Made by a program: the position numbers and the translations under genes. 64,000 nucleotides of DNA from an uncultured bacterium. Lineage in GTDB: Bacteria > Eisenbacteria > RBG-16-71-46 > JAFGJU01. The notes below the pieces were generated by a model that was given only the letters and a program-made list of their open reading frames with translations, ran no database searches and had not been told where the DNA came from. The DNA is taken from assembly GCA_964570935.1 (NCBI GenBank), contig CAZMZP010000050.1, forward strand, positions 891-64,890, written 5' to 3'. This document shows, piece by piece, positions 48,640 through 58,800 of the stretch (position 1 is its first letter; the number at the start of each line of letters is the position of its first letter).

Positions 48640-49389
48640 TCAAGGCGCCAGGTCCCAGCTCTCCATCTCCACGATCTTCTTGTAGTCCGTGAAGTCCAGG
48701 TGCAGCGGTGTTACCGATATCATTTCAGAGCTGACTGCGTTGAAATCCGTGTTCTCGGGCGAAGTCGCGTAAGTGGGCTCGTTCCCGCCTATCCAGTAGT
48801 AGCTCTTTCCGCGCGGGTCCGTCTTCTTCACTATCATGTCCCTGTACACGCGCCTGCCCAGCCCCGTGACCTTCACTCCCTTGATCCTGGCCGCCGGCAC
48901 GTTCGGCACGTTGACGTTCAGCAGCGCCGGCGACGCCGTCCCCCTGTCCACGAGAGTCCTGACCAGCTTGAGGGTAAAGGAGCAGGCCGTCTCGAAGTCG
49001 TACGGCGCCTTTCCGACGAGCGATACCGCTATCGACGGAGCGCCCTGCAGCGTGCCTTCTATCGCGGCCGCCACGGTCCCCGAGTAGCTAACGTCCTCGC
49101 CGAGGTTGGGGCCGTGGTTCACGCCGGCCACCACCATCTGCGGTCTCTCCTGGAGGAGACCGTTGAACGCCAGCAGCACGCAGTCGGTGGGAGTGCCGTC
49201 CACGCTCATGAAAGAGTCTCCCATTTCCCTGACTCTCAGCGGGTGCTCCAGAGTCAGGGAGTGACTGGTGGCGCTCTGCTCCCTGTCCGGCGCGATCGCC
49301 ACGACCCGCCCGACGGAGCTGAGCGCCTCCCTCAACGCCTGGAACCCGGCGGCATGCACGCCGTCATCGTTGGTCACGAGTATCAGCAA
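48640..49389 (-). CDS. surE: 5'/3'-nucleotidase SurE
   Basis: 249 aa; [12 protein letters not shown]-terminal signature. Confidence 0.9.
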   Translation of the reverse strand: MLILVTNDDGVHAAGFQALREALSSVGRVVAIAPDREQSATSHSLTLEHPLRVREMGDSFMSVDGTPTDCVLLAFNGLLQERPQMVVAGVNHGPNLGEDVSYSGTVAAAIEGTLQGAPSIAVSLVGKAPYDFETACSFTLKLVRTLVDRGTASPALLNVNVPNVPAARIKGVKVTGLGRRVYRDMIVKKTDPRGKSYYWIGGNEPTYATSPENTDFNAVSSEMISVTPLHLDFTDYKKIVEMESWDLAP

Positions 49390-50065
49390 CTCTTCTCCCC
49401 TCCCTCCTCAAGGACAGAACGAGTCTCCAGAAACACACGGCGTCCTTGAGCGGCTTGATCGAGCTCTTCTCCTCTCCGTAGACGGTCGGGATCGGAATGC
49501 TGTCTATGGCGAAGCCCATGCGCGCGGCCTTCACGAGTATCTCCGATTCCAGGTCGTATCGCGAGCACTCCAGCCGAACGGCCTCGAGCACGCGAGAGCT
49601 GATGTACCTGAATCCGGACTGGCTGTCCTCTATTCGCTGGCCTGCCGCCCGCGAAACCACCCACGAGGTGAACCGGTTGACGCAGACTCTGATCACCGGC
49701 ATCGTACTGACGTCGCGCATCCTGGACCCCACCACGATGTCCGCACCGGTCTCCTCCGCTTTCAGCAAGAACGAGGGGACGAGCCCCGGGTCGTGCTGGC
49801 CGTCACCGTCCAGCGTCACCACGCCAGAGTACCCGTGCGCCAGGGCCCACGCGAACCCCGTTTTCAGGGCCTCTCCCTTTCCCATGTTCGTGTCGTGCCT
49901 CAGGACGTTGTAGCCCAGCCGCGCGGCCTCCGTGGGGTACGCGTCGGGCGATCCGTCGTCGACGACGAGCACGTTTTCCTTTCCGACCGCGCCGGCCGCC
50001 CCTTCAAGCACCTCGAGCAGCCTCGGCCCGGTCATGTACGCGGGCACGATCACTACCACTTTCAT
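49364..50065 (-). CDS. family 2 glycosyltransferase (polyprenol-phosphate sugar transferase-like)
   Basis: Start MKVVVIVPAY at 50065; DxD-containing GT-A fold (VVDDGSPD, DGDGQHD). Confidence 0.8.
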   Translation of the reverse strand: MKVVVIVPAYMTGPRLLEVLEGAAGAVGKENVLVVDDGSPDAYPTEAARLGYNVLRHDTNMGKGEALKTGFAWALAHGYSGVVTLDGDGQHDPGLVPSFLLKAEETGADIVVGSRMRDVSTMPVIRVCVNRFTSWVVSRAAGQRIEDSQSGFRYISSRVLEAVRLECSRYDLESEILVKAARMGFAIDSIPIPTVYGEEKSSIKPLKDAVCFWRLVLSLRREGRRVADTRDQR

Positions 50066-50967
50066 GCGCGGCCGTCCTGCCAAATCGGCTCGAATACGAA
50101 CCACTGGTCCGGGTACTGCCTCACGTATTTCTCCATAACTCGCAGGCTGCGCGACAGCACGTCCTCGAAGGCCCCGGCTCCGCTCCCGGGCCGGATGGGG
50201 TCCTCAACGCACAGCCTGAACCGCGACCCTTTTTCTCTTATCACGAACGTGGGCACCACGGCCGCGCCCGTTCTGAGCGCGAGCGCCACGTGGCCGTACG
50301 GCACCACGGCCGTAGAACCGAAGAACTCTCTCCGGATCCCCCGCCCCAGCACGTTTCTATCCCCCAGTATCGCGATGCATTCGTTTCTTCTCAACGCGGC
50401 CAGGAGTCCGGCGGTCGCGTGGCCGATGGACACCACGTTGATGCCCTTTCGCCGCCGTCTCTTCACGAAGAACCGGTCTATAAGCGCGTTCCTGTGAGGA
50501 AGGGCCGCGACCGACAGACGAAGCCCGCTCCGCGCCAGCATGGCGCCGCCCACCTCCCAGTTCCCGACGTGCGCGCCCAGCAGTATAACGCCATTTCCCG
50601 ACTTGAGCTCTCCCCGTATCACCGCCAGCGCGTTTCCGTCGGCCATTCCGGTCAGGGACTTCCGCGACAGGATGGGGAATCTCAGAAAATCAGTGATGGA
50701 GAGGGCGAAGTTCCTGAAAGTGCGCTTGGCCACTCTCGTCATCTCGGCCTCGCTCACGGACGTCCCCAGTACGTGCCTCAGGTTGGCCATCACCGCCCTG
50801 CGGGACCTGGTGTTCAGCGCGAAGTTGAGGTCGGCAAGACCGGAGGCCAGCATGTAGCTGACAGACACGTGAGCGACGAGGGCGAGCGCGCCGCCGACTT
50901 CGTACAGAAAATACCCGAACACGCCCAGAACGCGGTCAAAGATCCACTGACGCGGGCTGCCTGTCAA
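50062..50967 (-). CDS. lysophospholipid/lipid A biosynthesis acyltransferase (LpxL/HtrB family)
   Basis: TTG start at 50967 behind GGAGGAA; HX4D-type acyltransferase region (AHVGNWEVGG); the track N-terminal extension runs through a tRNA and is rejected. Confidence 0.7.
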   Translation of the reverse strand: MTGSPRQWIFDRVLGVFGYFLYEVGGALALVAHVSVSYMLASGLADLNFALNTRSRRAVMANLRHVLGTSVSEAEMTRVAKRTFRNFALSITDFLRFPILSRKSLTGMADGNALAVIRGELKSGNGVILLGAHVGNWEVGGAMLARSGLRLSVAALPHRNALIDRFFVKRRRRKGINVVSIGHATAGLLAALRRNECIAILGDRNVLGRGIRREFFGSTAVVPYGHVALALRTGAAVVPTFVIREKGSRFRLCVEDPIRPGSGAGAFEDVLSRSLRVMEKYVRQYPDQWFVFEPIWQDGRA

Positions 50968-50998
50968 CGTCGTGGGTTCCTCCAGCGTAGATAAATAG

Positions 50999-51075
50999 TG
51001 GTCGGGGCGACTGGATTCGAACCAGCGACCACTAGCCCCCCATGCTAGTGCGCTACCTGGCTGCGCCACGCCCCG
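50999..51075 (-). tRNA. tRNA-Pro (anticodon GGG)
   Basis: Reverse complement CGGGGCGTGGCGCAGCCAGGTAGCGCACTAGCATGGGGGGCTAGTGGTCGCTGGTTCGAATCCAGTCGCCCCGACCA. Confidence 0.85.
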
Positions 51076-51182
51076 ACCATCTGGATTCTCACAGGGTCAC
51101 CTTGCTGCGTGCATCATAACCGATTCCGAAAAGGCCCGCAAGGCCTGCGGCGCCGACGGACCCGGCTTCCCGGCCGCCGCGC

Positions 51183-51554
51183 TCACCTCTTCGCGCGGAC
51201 CATGGAGAGCACTTCTTCGAGCTCCTTCCTCACCTGCTTCAACAGCTGAGTCGCTCCCTCCTTCTCGCCTCCGGCCGCGGAAGGGCCGGGAGACGTCCTC
51301 CTGTCGTCGAGCAGTTTCTTCCTGGCCCCAGAGATGGTGTAGCCCTGCTCGTACAGCATTTTTCGGATGGTCATTATGAGCGCGATGTCCTTCGGCCTGT
51401 ACATCCTGTTTCCGGCGCGGTTCTTTTTCGGTCTCAGCATCTTGAACTGCGTTTCCCAGTACCGCAGAACGTGCGGCTCCACGCCGGCCATCGCGCTGAC
51501 CTCGCTTATGGAATGATACGCGCGCCCTTTGTCTTCTTCCGCCAAGCGGAGCAC
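51183..51554 (-). CDS. MerR family transcriptional regulator
   Basis: GTG start at 51554 behind GGAAAGGGG, 9 nt after the gpsA stop; MerR HTH ([22 protein letters not shown]); the track N-terminal extension overlaps gpsA and is rejected. Confidence 0.7.
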   Translation of the reverse strand: MLRLAEEDKGRAYHSISEVSAMAGVEPHVLRYWETQFKMLRPKKNRAGNRMYRPKDIALIMTIRKMLYEQGYTISGARKKLLDDRRTSPGPSAAGGEKEGATQLLKQVRKELEEVLSMVRAKR

Positions 51555-51562
51555 CCCCTTTC

Positions 51563-52564
51563 CTACTGTGCTTCTGCCTTGAGTTCTCTCGTCATGAGCT
51601 CGTCTATCGCCAGGTGAGGGTCCTTGCCCTCGAACAGCACGGCGTAGACCTGCTCCGTTATGGGCATATCGACTTCGTGGCGCCTGGCCAGGTGGAGCGC
51701 ACTCTTCGTCGTTCTGACCCCTTCCGCCACCATCACCATGCCCGACAGGACCGCTTCCAGAGTCTTGCCACTTCCGACTTGCTCGCCGACGTACCGATTG
51801 CGACTGTGCCGGCTGAGGCACGTAACGACGAGGTCCCCCACGCCGGCAAGGCCGAAGAACGTCTCGCGTCTCGCGCCCAGGGCCAGCCCGAGTCTTGTGA
51901 TCTCGGCGAGTCCCCTGGTGATAAGCGCGGCCTTGGTGTTGTCCCCGTACCCTATCCCGTCGCAGATGCCGGCCGCGATCGCGACCACGTTCTTGACGGA
52001 GACGCCCAGCTCCACACCCACCATGTCTTCGTTCGTGTACACGCGGAAGGTGCCCGTCGAGAAGAGCTGCTGGACCTGCTTGGCCGACGCCGCGCTCGCG
52101 GACGCCGACACGACTGCGGTGGGGTGGCCCCGGCTCACTTCCTCGGCGTGACTGGGCCCGGCGAGCACGGCTATCCTGTCCGCGGCCGAGGCGGAAAGCT
52201 CGTCCACCAGGACTTCCGACATGCGCATCAGCGAGCCGTCTTCGATGCCCTTGGTTGCGCTGACGATGAGCGCTCCGGACGTGTCCAGTCCGGCCAGTTT
52301 CCTCGCCACTCCCCGGAGAGTGTGGGAGGGGACGGCAAACACAAGCATGTCCGCGCCGTTGACCGCGTCGGCCATCTCAGGCGTGAACCGCACCGTAGCC
52401 GGGAGGGCGGCCCCGGGCAGGAATTTCTCGTTCACTCCCTCGCTCTTCACGCGCTCGCACTGCTCTACGTCGTACTCCCAGACGACCACGTCGCCGCCCC
52501 TGGAGCTCAACACCATCGAGAGCGCGGTTCCCCAGCCCCCGCCTCCCAGAATCCCGAATTTCAT
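51563..52564 (-). CDS. gpsA: NAD(P)H-dependent glycerol-3-phosphate dehydrogenase
   Basis: Start MKFGILGGGGWGTAL at 52564 behind GGAGG; GpsA N- and C-domains. Confidence 0.9.
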   Translation of the reverse strand: MKFGILGGGGWGTALSMVLSSRGGDVVVWEYDVEQCERVKSEGVNEKFLPGAALPATVRFTPEMADAVNGADMLVFAVPSHTLRGVARKLAGLDTSGALIVSATKGIEDGSLMRMSEVLVDELSASAADRIAVLAGPSHAEEVSRGHPTAVVSASASAASAKQVQQLFSTGTFRVYTNEDMVGVELGVSVKNVVAIAAGICDGIGYGDNTKAALITRGLAEITRLGLALGARRETFFGLAGVGDLVVTCLSRHSRNRYVGEQVGSGKTLEAVLSGMVMVAEGVRTTKSALHLARRHEVDMPITEQVYAVLFEGKDPHLAIDELMTRELKAEAQ

Positions 52565-52571
52565 GGTTGAA

Positions 52572-53213
52572 TCAACCTCCGCGTAACTTGAACTTGCGTT
52601 CCTCGCCACGTAGTATTCGCGATATATTGCCCCTGTGCCGCGCCACCACAACGGCGGCCACCAGCGTCGAGACCCAGAACACTTTCGGCCAGTCCCCGGG
52701 ACCACCCGGGGCGGTAACGTACACGGCCGCCGGCAGCGAGACCGCGGCCAGAATCGAACCAAGCGATATGAACCTGAACAGCGACACCACAACCACCCAG
52801 ACAGCGACACAGATCCCGAACGCCGCCGGTGCGACCGCCGCGAACACCCCGGCCGCCGTGGCCACGCCCTTGCCTCCCCTGAACGAAGCGAACACGGTCC
52901 AGATGTGTCCGGCCACGGCCGCCAGTCCCGCGAGCAGCATCAGGTCCGTCCTTCCCACGCCCCCGGACTCGCGCCACAGCAGACCCGCCGCGCCGACGCC
53001 GGCGGCGCCCTTGCCGGCGTCCAGGAACAGGACCGCAAGCCCCGGGCCGGGGCCCAGAGTCCTGAACGTGTTCGCCGCGCCCAGGTTGCCGCTCCCGTGC
53101 TTCCTCAAGTCTATTCCCCTTGTCAGTCTCCCGGCCAGGAGGCTGAATGGAATCGCGCCCAGCAGATACGCCAGCGCCACACTCAGAATCACCCGCTCCA
53201 AGCCTTGCCTCAC
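52572..53213 (-). CDS. plsY: glycerol-3-phosphate acyltransferase PlsY
   Basis: 213 aa polytopic; GSGNLGAAN and HIWTVF motifs; plsY-gpsA pairing. Confidence 0.85.
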   Translation of the reverse strand: MRQGLERVILSVALAYLLGAIPFSLLAGRLTRGIDLRKHGSGNLGAANTFRTLGPGPGLAVLFLDAGKGAAGVGAAGLLWRESGGVGRTDLMLLAGLAAVAGHIWTVFASFRGGKGVATAAGVFAAVAPAAFGICVAVWVVVVSLFRFISLGSILAAVSLPAAVYVTAPGGPGDWPKVFWVSTLVAAVVVARHRGNISRILRGEERKFKLRGG

Positions 53214-54532
53214 TTGCGGAGGGCGGTCCGCACCTTGATGCTGACCGGCGTGCCCCGAAACCCGAACTGCTCCCTGAGACTATTCATCAAGTAGTGGACG
53301 TAGGACTTCCTGAACGCGCTCCTGTCGTTCACGAAAAGTGCGAAGGTCGGCGGCACCACGGACACCTGACTTGCCCTTTTCAGCGCGGGCGCATGACCCG
53401 ACTGTCCCACGGGCGGCCTTCTTCTCGTCATCGCGTCCCTGAGCGCCTCCGTGAGCTCCTGCTCGCTGAGGGTCCGCCTGCTCTGCTCGGCCGCCTCCAG
53501 GGCCAGCCTTGGCAGCCGCGACACCCTCAGGCCAGTGAGGGCCGACGCGAACACCACCTGCGCGTAGGACAGGAACGGAAGTCGGCGCCTGAATTCCTTC
53601 TCGATGTCGATTGCGGTGTACTGGTCCTTGTCGACAAGGTCCCACTTGTTGAACACCACGATCGAAGGCTTCCCGGAATGATGCGCTATCGCGGCTATCC
53701 TGGTGTCCTGCGAGCTCAACCCCGCGGAGGCGTCCAGCACGAGGAGCACGACGCCGGCTCTCTCGATGCTCTTGAGCGCCCTCACCACGCTGTACACCTC
53801 CAGCGCGTCCGAGATGCTCCTCTTTCTCCTCAGTCCGGCCGTGTCGATCAGTATGAACTCGCGGCCGTTGAACTTGAAAAACGAATCCACCGAGTCCCTG
53901 GTCGTGCCCGGCGCCGCGTGGACAATCATCCGCTCCTCGTCGAGAAGCCTGTTGATGATGGAGGACTTCCCCACGTTGGGTTTGCCCACGACCGCCACGC
54001 TTATGGCGTCGATCGGTTCCTCCGCCGGCTCAGCCTCGCCCAGCGACTCGACGACCCTGTCCAGCAGCGCGTCCGCGCCCCTGCCGTGCACGGCGGAAAC
54101 GGGTATCGGGTCCCCGATGCCAAGTCCGTGAAACTCGTGTATCAGGGCCTCGCGGCTCTCGTTGTCTATCTTGTTCACGACGAGGAGCGACGTCTTGCCC
54201 CTCTGTCTGAGTATCTGCGCTATCTCGGCGTCCAAGGGGTTCACACCGTCCTCCCCGTCCACCACGAACACCACGAGAGAAGCCTCCTCCACGGCCAGAG
54301 ATGCCTGTTCCCTGACGAGCACCTCCATGTCTCCGCGCGCCTCGGGCAGGTACCCGCCGGTGTCCACGACCCAGAACGACCTGCGCTCCCAGGTGACTGC
54401 GGCTATCTTCCTGTCGCGCGTGACCCCGGGCTCGCCGTGCACAACGGCCAGCTTCCGTCCGACCAGCCTATTGAAAAGTGTGGATTTCCCCACGTTCGGA
54501 CGGCCTATTATCGCCACGATCGGGCTTCCCAT
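53210..54532 (-). CDS. der: ribosome biogenesis GTPase Der (EngA)
   Basis: Two tandem GTPase domains (GRPNVGKSTLFNRL, GKPNVGKSSIINRL) and KH-like C-terminus; ATG 54532 behind GAGGGA. Confidence 0.9.
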   Translation of the reverse strand: MGSPIVAIIGRPNVGKSTLFNRLVGRKLAVVHGEPGVTRDRKIAAVTWERRSFWVVDTGGYLPEARGDMEVLVREQASLAVEEASLVVFVVDGEDGVNPLDAEIAQILRQRGKTSLLVVNKIDNESREALIHEFHGLGIGDPIPVSAVHGRGADALLDRVVESLGEAEPAEEPIDAISVAVVGKPNVGKSSIINRLLDEERMIVHAAPGTTRDSVDSFFKFNGREFILIDTAGLRRKRSISDALEVYSVVRALKSIERAGVVLLVLDASAGLSSQDTRIAAIAHHSGKPSIVVFNKWDLVDKDQYTAIDIEKEFRRRLPFLSYAQVVFASALTGLRVSRLPRLALEAAEQSRRTLSEQELTEALRDAMTRRRPPVGQSGHAPALKRASQVSVVPPTFALFVNDRSAFRKSYVHYLMNSLREQFGFRGTPVSIKVRTALRK

Positions 54533-55763
54533 ACCGCAGTCCCTCAATAATAATCTTGTGACCGGAAGCCTCTTCCAGCTCCCGGGGCGTCATGTCGTCC
54601 AGGAAAAGTCCATCCGGGTTGAGGCATTCCTCGGACACGACCGCAACCTCTTCCGGACCGAGCCGTCTCATCGCCCGCAGCACGTCCCTGCCGCCCAGAA
54701 GTCCCACAACTGTGACAGAGCGGCCCAGCAGCCAGTTCTGCACTCCGAGCACCCTGACCCCCTCGCCCGCCAGCGCCGCCCTCAGCACGGGCTCCGCCAG
54801 CTTCCCCGTCAGGACGGCCGCCGGCCTTCCTCGCGCCCGGCGCCTGATGCGCCCCCGCAGCCGGGCCGCCTCCTCCAAGAGCACCCTCACCAGCCCCACT
54901 CCGTTCTCAATCTGACAGAATCCCTCGTACTCGACCGCGTCGGGCACGTCCCGTCCCGCCAGCAGGTACATCTCGTCCGCCGCGAACACGAACCTGGTGC
55001 CCAGCTGTCGCAAAGCTCGAACCTGCCACGCGGCCAGCCAGTCGAGCAGCCGGGCGGCGTCCCGGCCGGTGACCGGCCTGAGCGACGGAAGTCCACGCCT
55101 GTGCCCGGTGAGGCCGACCGGCACCACGGCCACGCTTTTCACGCTCGGGAAGAAACCGGCCAGGTCGTCCACGGTCCTGCTCAGGTGCGGTCCGTCGTTG
55201 ATTCCGGGGCACAACACAACCTGCGCGTGCACTTCTATTCCGCCCTGTTTGAGCGCTTCCAGCTTGGGAAGAATCTCTGCCGGACCGGAAAGACCCAGCA
55301 TTCGCGCCCTCACACCCGGGTCGGTGGAGTGCACCGACACGTAGAGCGGGCTCAAGCGTTGTTCGATTATCCGCTCCAGCTCGGGTCGTCTCAGGTTCGT
55401 CATCGTTATGTAGTTGCCGTGGAGGAACGAGAATCTGTAGTCCTCGTCCTTCACGTGGAGAGACGGTCGAAGCCCGCCCGGCAGCTGGTCCACGAAGCAG
55501 AAGACGCACTTGTTCGGACAGGTCCTGGGCGCGAGCTCCTCAAACCTGATCCCGAACACCCCCTGCCCGTTTCTGCGTACTCTCACGGAAAACTGGCCGG
55601 AGTTCCTCTTAGCGCCCAGTTTGATGGAGTCGGCCACGGAGTGGAACATGAAGTCGATAACGTCCCTCACACTGTCCGGGCCGACCGACAGGATGACGTC
55701 CCCGCTCTTCAGGCCTGCCCTGTCAGCGGGACTGTTTTTCTTCACCGCCTGGATTTTCAGCAT
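54468..55763 (-). CDS. PDZ domain / DUF512 protein (conserved partner of der)
   Basis: Start MLKIQAV at 55763 (the track start overlaps tRNA-Gly); PDZ (NSPADRAGLKSGDVIL) then DUF512 with a CxxC-containing region (CPNKCVFCF). Confidence 0.7.
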   Translation of the reverse strand: MLKIQAVKKNSPADRAGLKSGDVILSVGPDSVRDVIDFMFHSVADSIKLGAKRNSGQFSVRVRRNGQGVFGIRFEELAPRTCPNKCVFCFVDQLPGGLRPSLHVKDEDYRFSFLHGNYITMTNLRRPELERIIEQRLSPLYVSVHSTDPGVRARMLGLSGPAEILPKLEALKQGGIEVHAQVVLCPGINDGPHLSRTVDDLAGFFPSVKSVAVVPVGLTGHRRGLPSLRPVTGRDAARLLDWLAAWQVRALRQLGTRFVFAADEMYLLAGRDVPDAVEYEGFCQIENGVGLVRVLLEEAARLRGRIRRRARGRPAAVLTGKLAEPVLRAALAGEGVRVLGVQNWLLGRSVTVVGLLGGRDVLRAMRRLGPEEVAVVSEECLNPDGLFLDDMTPRELEEASGHKIIIEGLRYGKPDRGDNRPSERGEIHTFQ

Positions 55764-55802
55764 GGCTTTGAGGGATGACACCCGGGGTGCAGAGAAAACG
55801 AG

Positions 55803-55877
55803 TGGAGCGGGCAACGGGATTTGAACCCGCGACTCTCAGCTTGGGAAGCTGATACTCTACCACTGAGCTATGCCCGC
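55803..55877 (-). tRNA. tRNA-Gly (anticodon CCC)
   Basis: Reverse complement GCGGGCATAGCTCAGTGGTAGAGTATCAGCTTCCCAAGCTGAGAGTCGCGGGTTCAAATCCCGTTGCCCGCTCCA. Confidence 0.9.
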
Positions 55878-56031
55878 CCACAGGTTATCTGACTCGTAAC
55901 CGGAAAGAACTTAAAGAATTGCAGGGTCTATGTCAAGTAGAATTTGAGGTTGAGTCGCGGCCACCTTGATGCTTCGCATGAAGTTCGCTGCCTGCCGCCA
56001 TGCCGCGCCGCCTTCCGCCAACGGGCCCTCG

Positions 56032-57000
56032 TCACGACAGCCCGGCCGCCGCGAGCCCGGTCTCAATCCGTCGCGAAATCTCCTCCGGCTCCTCCCCGTC
56101 CTTTATGTCCAACCAGACGTCTACAGGAGTCTTCCCGAACCACGTGAGCTGTCTTTTCGCGAACTGCCTCGTCGCGATCCTGGCCTTCTCGCGGGCCGCC
56201 GCCAAGGTCAGCTGCCCCCTCACGTACCCGACCATTTCCCGGTACCCCACTGTCCTGAATGAGGGCCATGCTTCGCTGAAACCGTCCGCTACAAGCCCGG
56301 CAACCTCGTCAGCGAGGCCGCCCGTCACCATCGCGTCGAATCGCTTCTCGATGAGGCGGTACAGGCACTCGCGGTCGCGCCTGAGTCCGACAGTCACCAG
56401 CCTGAGAGGGCTCTTCATCGCGGAGCTCTTCTGAAGCTCCGAGATCCGCGCGCCCGTGGCCTCGAACACCTCCAGGGCCCGGATGACTCTCTCGATGTTC
56501 CTCGGGTGGATCCTGGACGCGGCCTCGGGGTCCACCGCGCTCAGTCTCTGATGCAGGTGCTCTCTGCCGCGCGCGTCTGCCAGCTGCCTCAGCCTGGCCC
56601 GGATTCCTTCGTCACGCTCCGGCCCCTCGAAAAGGCCCTTCTCCAGGGCCCTGAGGTAAAGCCCGGAACCGCCCACAACGAGGGGAGCTCGTCCCCCGGC
56701 CGCGATGTGCCGCATCGCCGCCAGAGCTTCCCTCCTGAAGCGGCCGCAACTATACACTTCCCACGGCTCCACCACGTCTATGAGGTGATGGCGAACGCGG
56801 GCGGTCTCGGCCGGCCCGGGTTTGGCCGTGCCTATGTTGAGGCGCTTGTACACCTGGCGGGAATCGGCGGATACTATCTCCCAGCCCCGCGCCTCGGCCA
56901 GCAGGACCGACGCGGCTGTCTTGCCTACTGCCGTAGGACCGACGACCGCCGCCACCCGGAGTCCTGCGTCGGCACCCGTTTCTTTCTCCCCGCCGCGCAT
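56032..57000 (-). CDS. miaA: tRNA dimethylallyltransferase
   Basis: Start MRGGEKE at 57000 overlapping the mutL stop; P-loop GPTAVGKT; IPP-transferase fold. Confidence 0.85.
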   Translation of the reverse strand: MRGGEKETGADAGLRVAAVVGPTAVGKTAASVLLAEARGWEIVSADSRQVYKRLNIGTAKPGPAETARVRHHLIDVVEPWEVYSCGRFRREALAAMRHIAAGGRAPLVVGGSGLYLRALEKGLFEGPERDEGIRARLRQLADARGREHLHQRLSAVDPEAASRIHPRNIERVIRALEVFEATGARISELQKSSAMKSPLRLVTVGLRRDRECLYRLIEKRFDAMVTGGLADEVAGLVADGFSEAWPSFRTVGYREMVGYVRGQLTLAAAREKARIATRQFAKRQLTWFGKTPVDVWLDIKDGEEPEEISRRIETGLAAAGLS

Positions 57001-57001
57001 C

Positions 57002-58732
57002 CTAGGCCCGGCCCAGCCTGCGCTCGAGCTCTTCCAGCGAGACTCTGACGAAAGTGAGCCTGCCGTGCGGGTCTCCCTGAGGCATGCTCGTGCTGAACAG
57101 CCCGTCAACCAGGTGGTTCATCTCCTCGAGAGTGAGCGCGTCTCCCGCCTTGACGGCGGCGTGGCAGGCAAAAGACCTGGCCAGCCGCTCTTCAGCGGTC
57201 GCGGCTCCGCCCGATTCCTTGGTCATGCCGTCCAGTATGTCGTGCAGCAGCTGTCCCTCTCTCCACGCGCGGAGTCCGGCCGGAACGCCCCTCACCACTA
57301 TCCTGTCCTTTCCTGACGCCTTGATGTCGAAGCCCAGCTTTCGCATCTGCGCTTCGGTGTCCAGCAGCACTTCGAACTCGTCCGCGGTCAGGTCCACTAC
57401 CATCGGAAACAGCAGCTGCTGGCTCGGGCCGTTTCCGCCCGCCAGCATTCGCCGCGCCTCGTCGTAAAGCACCCGCTCGTGCGCCGCGTGCTGGTCCACT
57501 ATCACCAGCCCGCCCTTGATCTGCGCCAGGATGTAAGTCCTGTGGAGCTGCCACAGGGGCACCATACCCGCCAACCCTGCTGCCCCGGCCGGAGCCGTCC
57601 CCCGCACGTCTGAATCACCCAGCAGCGAGAGCTGCGTTGAATCCGCCTCATATTCTGTTGCAACATCGGCAACTACACCACTCAACTCAGGTTCAACCTC
57701 AGCCCGCGTCCAAAGCGCGCCTCCCGCCCCTGCGAACGTATCTCTGGATGCCCGGGCAAGCGTGTCCTTCACGACGCCGGTGAGGAAACTCCTCACGAAA
57801 CCTTCCTCCGCGAACTTGACCTCACGCTTCGTGGGATGCACGTTCACGTCCACGGCGTCCAGCGGCACCTCCAGCATGACGAGACACATCGGGTATCTGT
57901 CGCGCGGCAGGATCTCGGAGTACGCCTCTCGTACGGCGAACGTGAGCGTGGGCGACCCGACCCAACGCCGGTTGACCCAGAAGAGCTGGTGCTCGCCGTT
58001 CGCGCGCGACAGCTCCGCCCCGCCCGCGTACCCGCCCACGCGCACTCCTTTGCTCTCCGCGTCCAGGCTCAGGAGCTGCTCCGCCGTCTGCAGCCCGTAC
58101 AGAGCCGCGACCCTGTCGAACAGCGCCGGCGCCGGCGGCAGGTTGAGGAGCTCCCTGTCGTTCTGTCTCAGGATGAAATGGATCTTCTCGAAGGCGAGGG
58201 CGTAGGACGTAATTACTCTTATCACCTGCCGGAGCTCGGTCGTCCTCGACCTCAGGAACTTGCGTCTGACCGGCGTGTTGAAGAACAAGTCTCGGACGCT
58301 GACCGTCGTGCCGGGAGCCCTCCCCGACTCGCTGACCTCCTCCATTTCTCCCCCCACGCACGTGACCAGCGACCCGGCCAGGCTCTCACTCGACCTCGTC
58401 AGCAGTGTCAGCCGCGAGACCTGGGCGATGCTGGGCAGGGCCTCGCCCCTGAAGCCCAGTGTCCGTATGGCCATTAGGTCCGGCTCGTTCGACAGCTTGC
58501 TCGTGGAGTATCTCTCCAGCGAGAGCAGGGCGTCCTCCATGCTCATCCCTACGCCGTCGTCAGACACGGCTATCTCGCTGTATATGGGCTCCCCCAGCTG
58601 AACCGTGATCCGGCCGGCGCCCGCATCAATGGAGTTCTCGACGAGTTCCTTGACCACACTCGAAGGGCGCTCCACAACTTCGCCGGCGGCGATCTTCCTG
58701 ACCAGGTCCTCAGGGAGTTTCTTGATCTTCAC
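57002..58732 (-). CDS. mutL: DNA mismatch repair protein MutL
   Basis: 576 aa; GHKL ATPase N-terminus (AAGEVVERPSSVVKELVENSIDAGA), C-terminal dimerisation domain; mutL-miaA synteny. Confidence 0.9.
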   Translation of the reverse strand: MKIKKLPEDLVRKIAAGEVVERPSSVVKELVENSIDAGAGRITVQLGEPIYSEIAVSDDGVGMSMEDALLSLERYSTSKLSNEPDLMAIRTLGFRGEALPSIAQVSRLTLLTRSSESLAGSLVTCVGGEMEEVSESGRAPGTTVSVRDLFFNTPVRRKFLRSRTTELRQVIRVITSYALAFEKIHFILRQNDRELLNLPPAPALFDRVAALYGLQTAEQLLSLDAESKGVRVGGYAGGAELSRANGEHQLFWVNRRWVGSPTLTFAVREAYSEILPRDRYPMCLVMLEVPLDAVDVNVHPTKREVKFAEEGFVRSFLTGVVKDTLARASRDTFAGAGGALWTRAEVEPELSGVVADVATEYEADSTQLSLLGDSDVRGTAPAGAAGLAGMVPLWQLHRTYILAQIKGGLVIVDQHAAHERVLYDEARRMLAGGNGPSQQLLFPMVVDLTADEFEVLLDTEAQMRKLGFDIKASGKDRIVVRGVPAGLRAWREGQLLHDILDGMTKESGGAATAEERLARSFACHAAVKAGDALTLEEMNHLVDGLFSTSMPQGDPHGRLTFVRVSLEELERRLGRA

Positions 58733-58800
58733 TCGGATCCCCCGGCTCGCAGGGCGCGAGCCCTCGCGTCCAACACCCGCACGCCCGCCTTCCTGCGCGC

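Noticed and set aside
50968-51069. N-terminal extension of the LpxL-like ORF
   Set aside because: Reads through tRNA-Pro(GGG) ([25 protein letters not shown]); start reassigned to TTG 50967.
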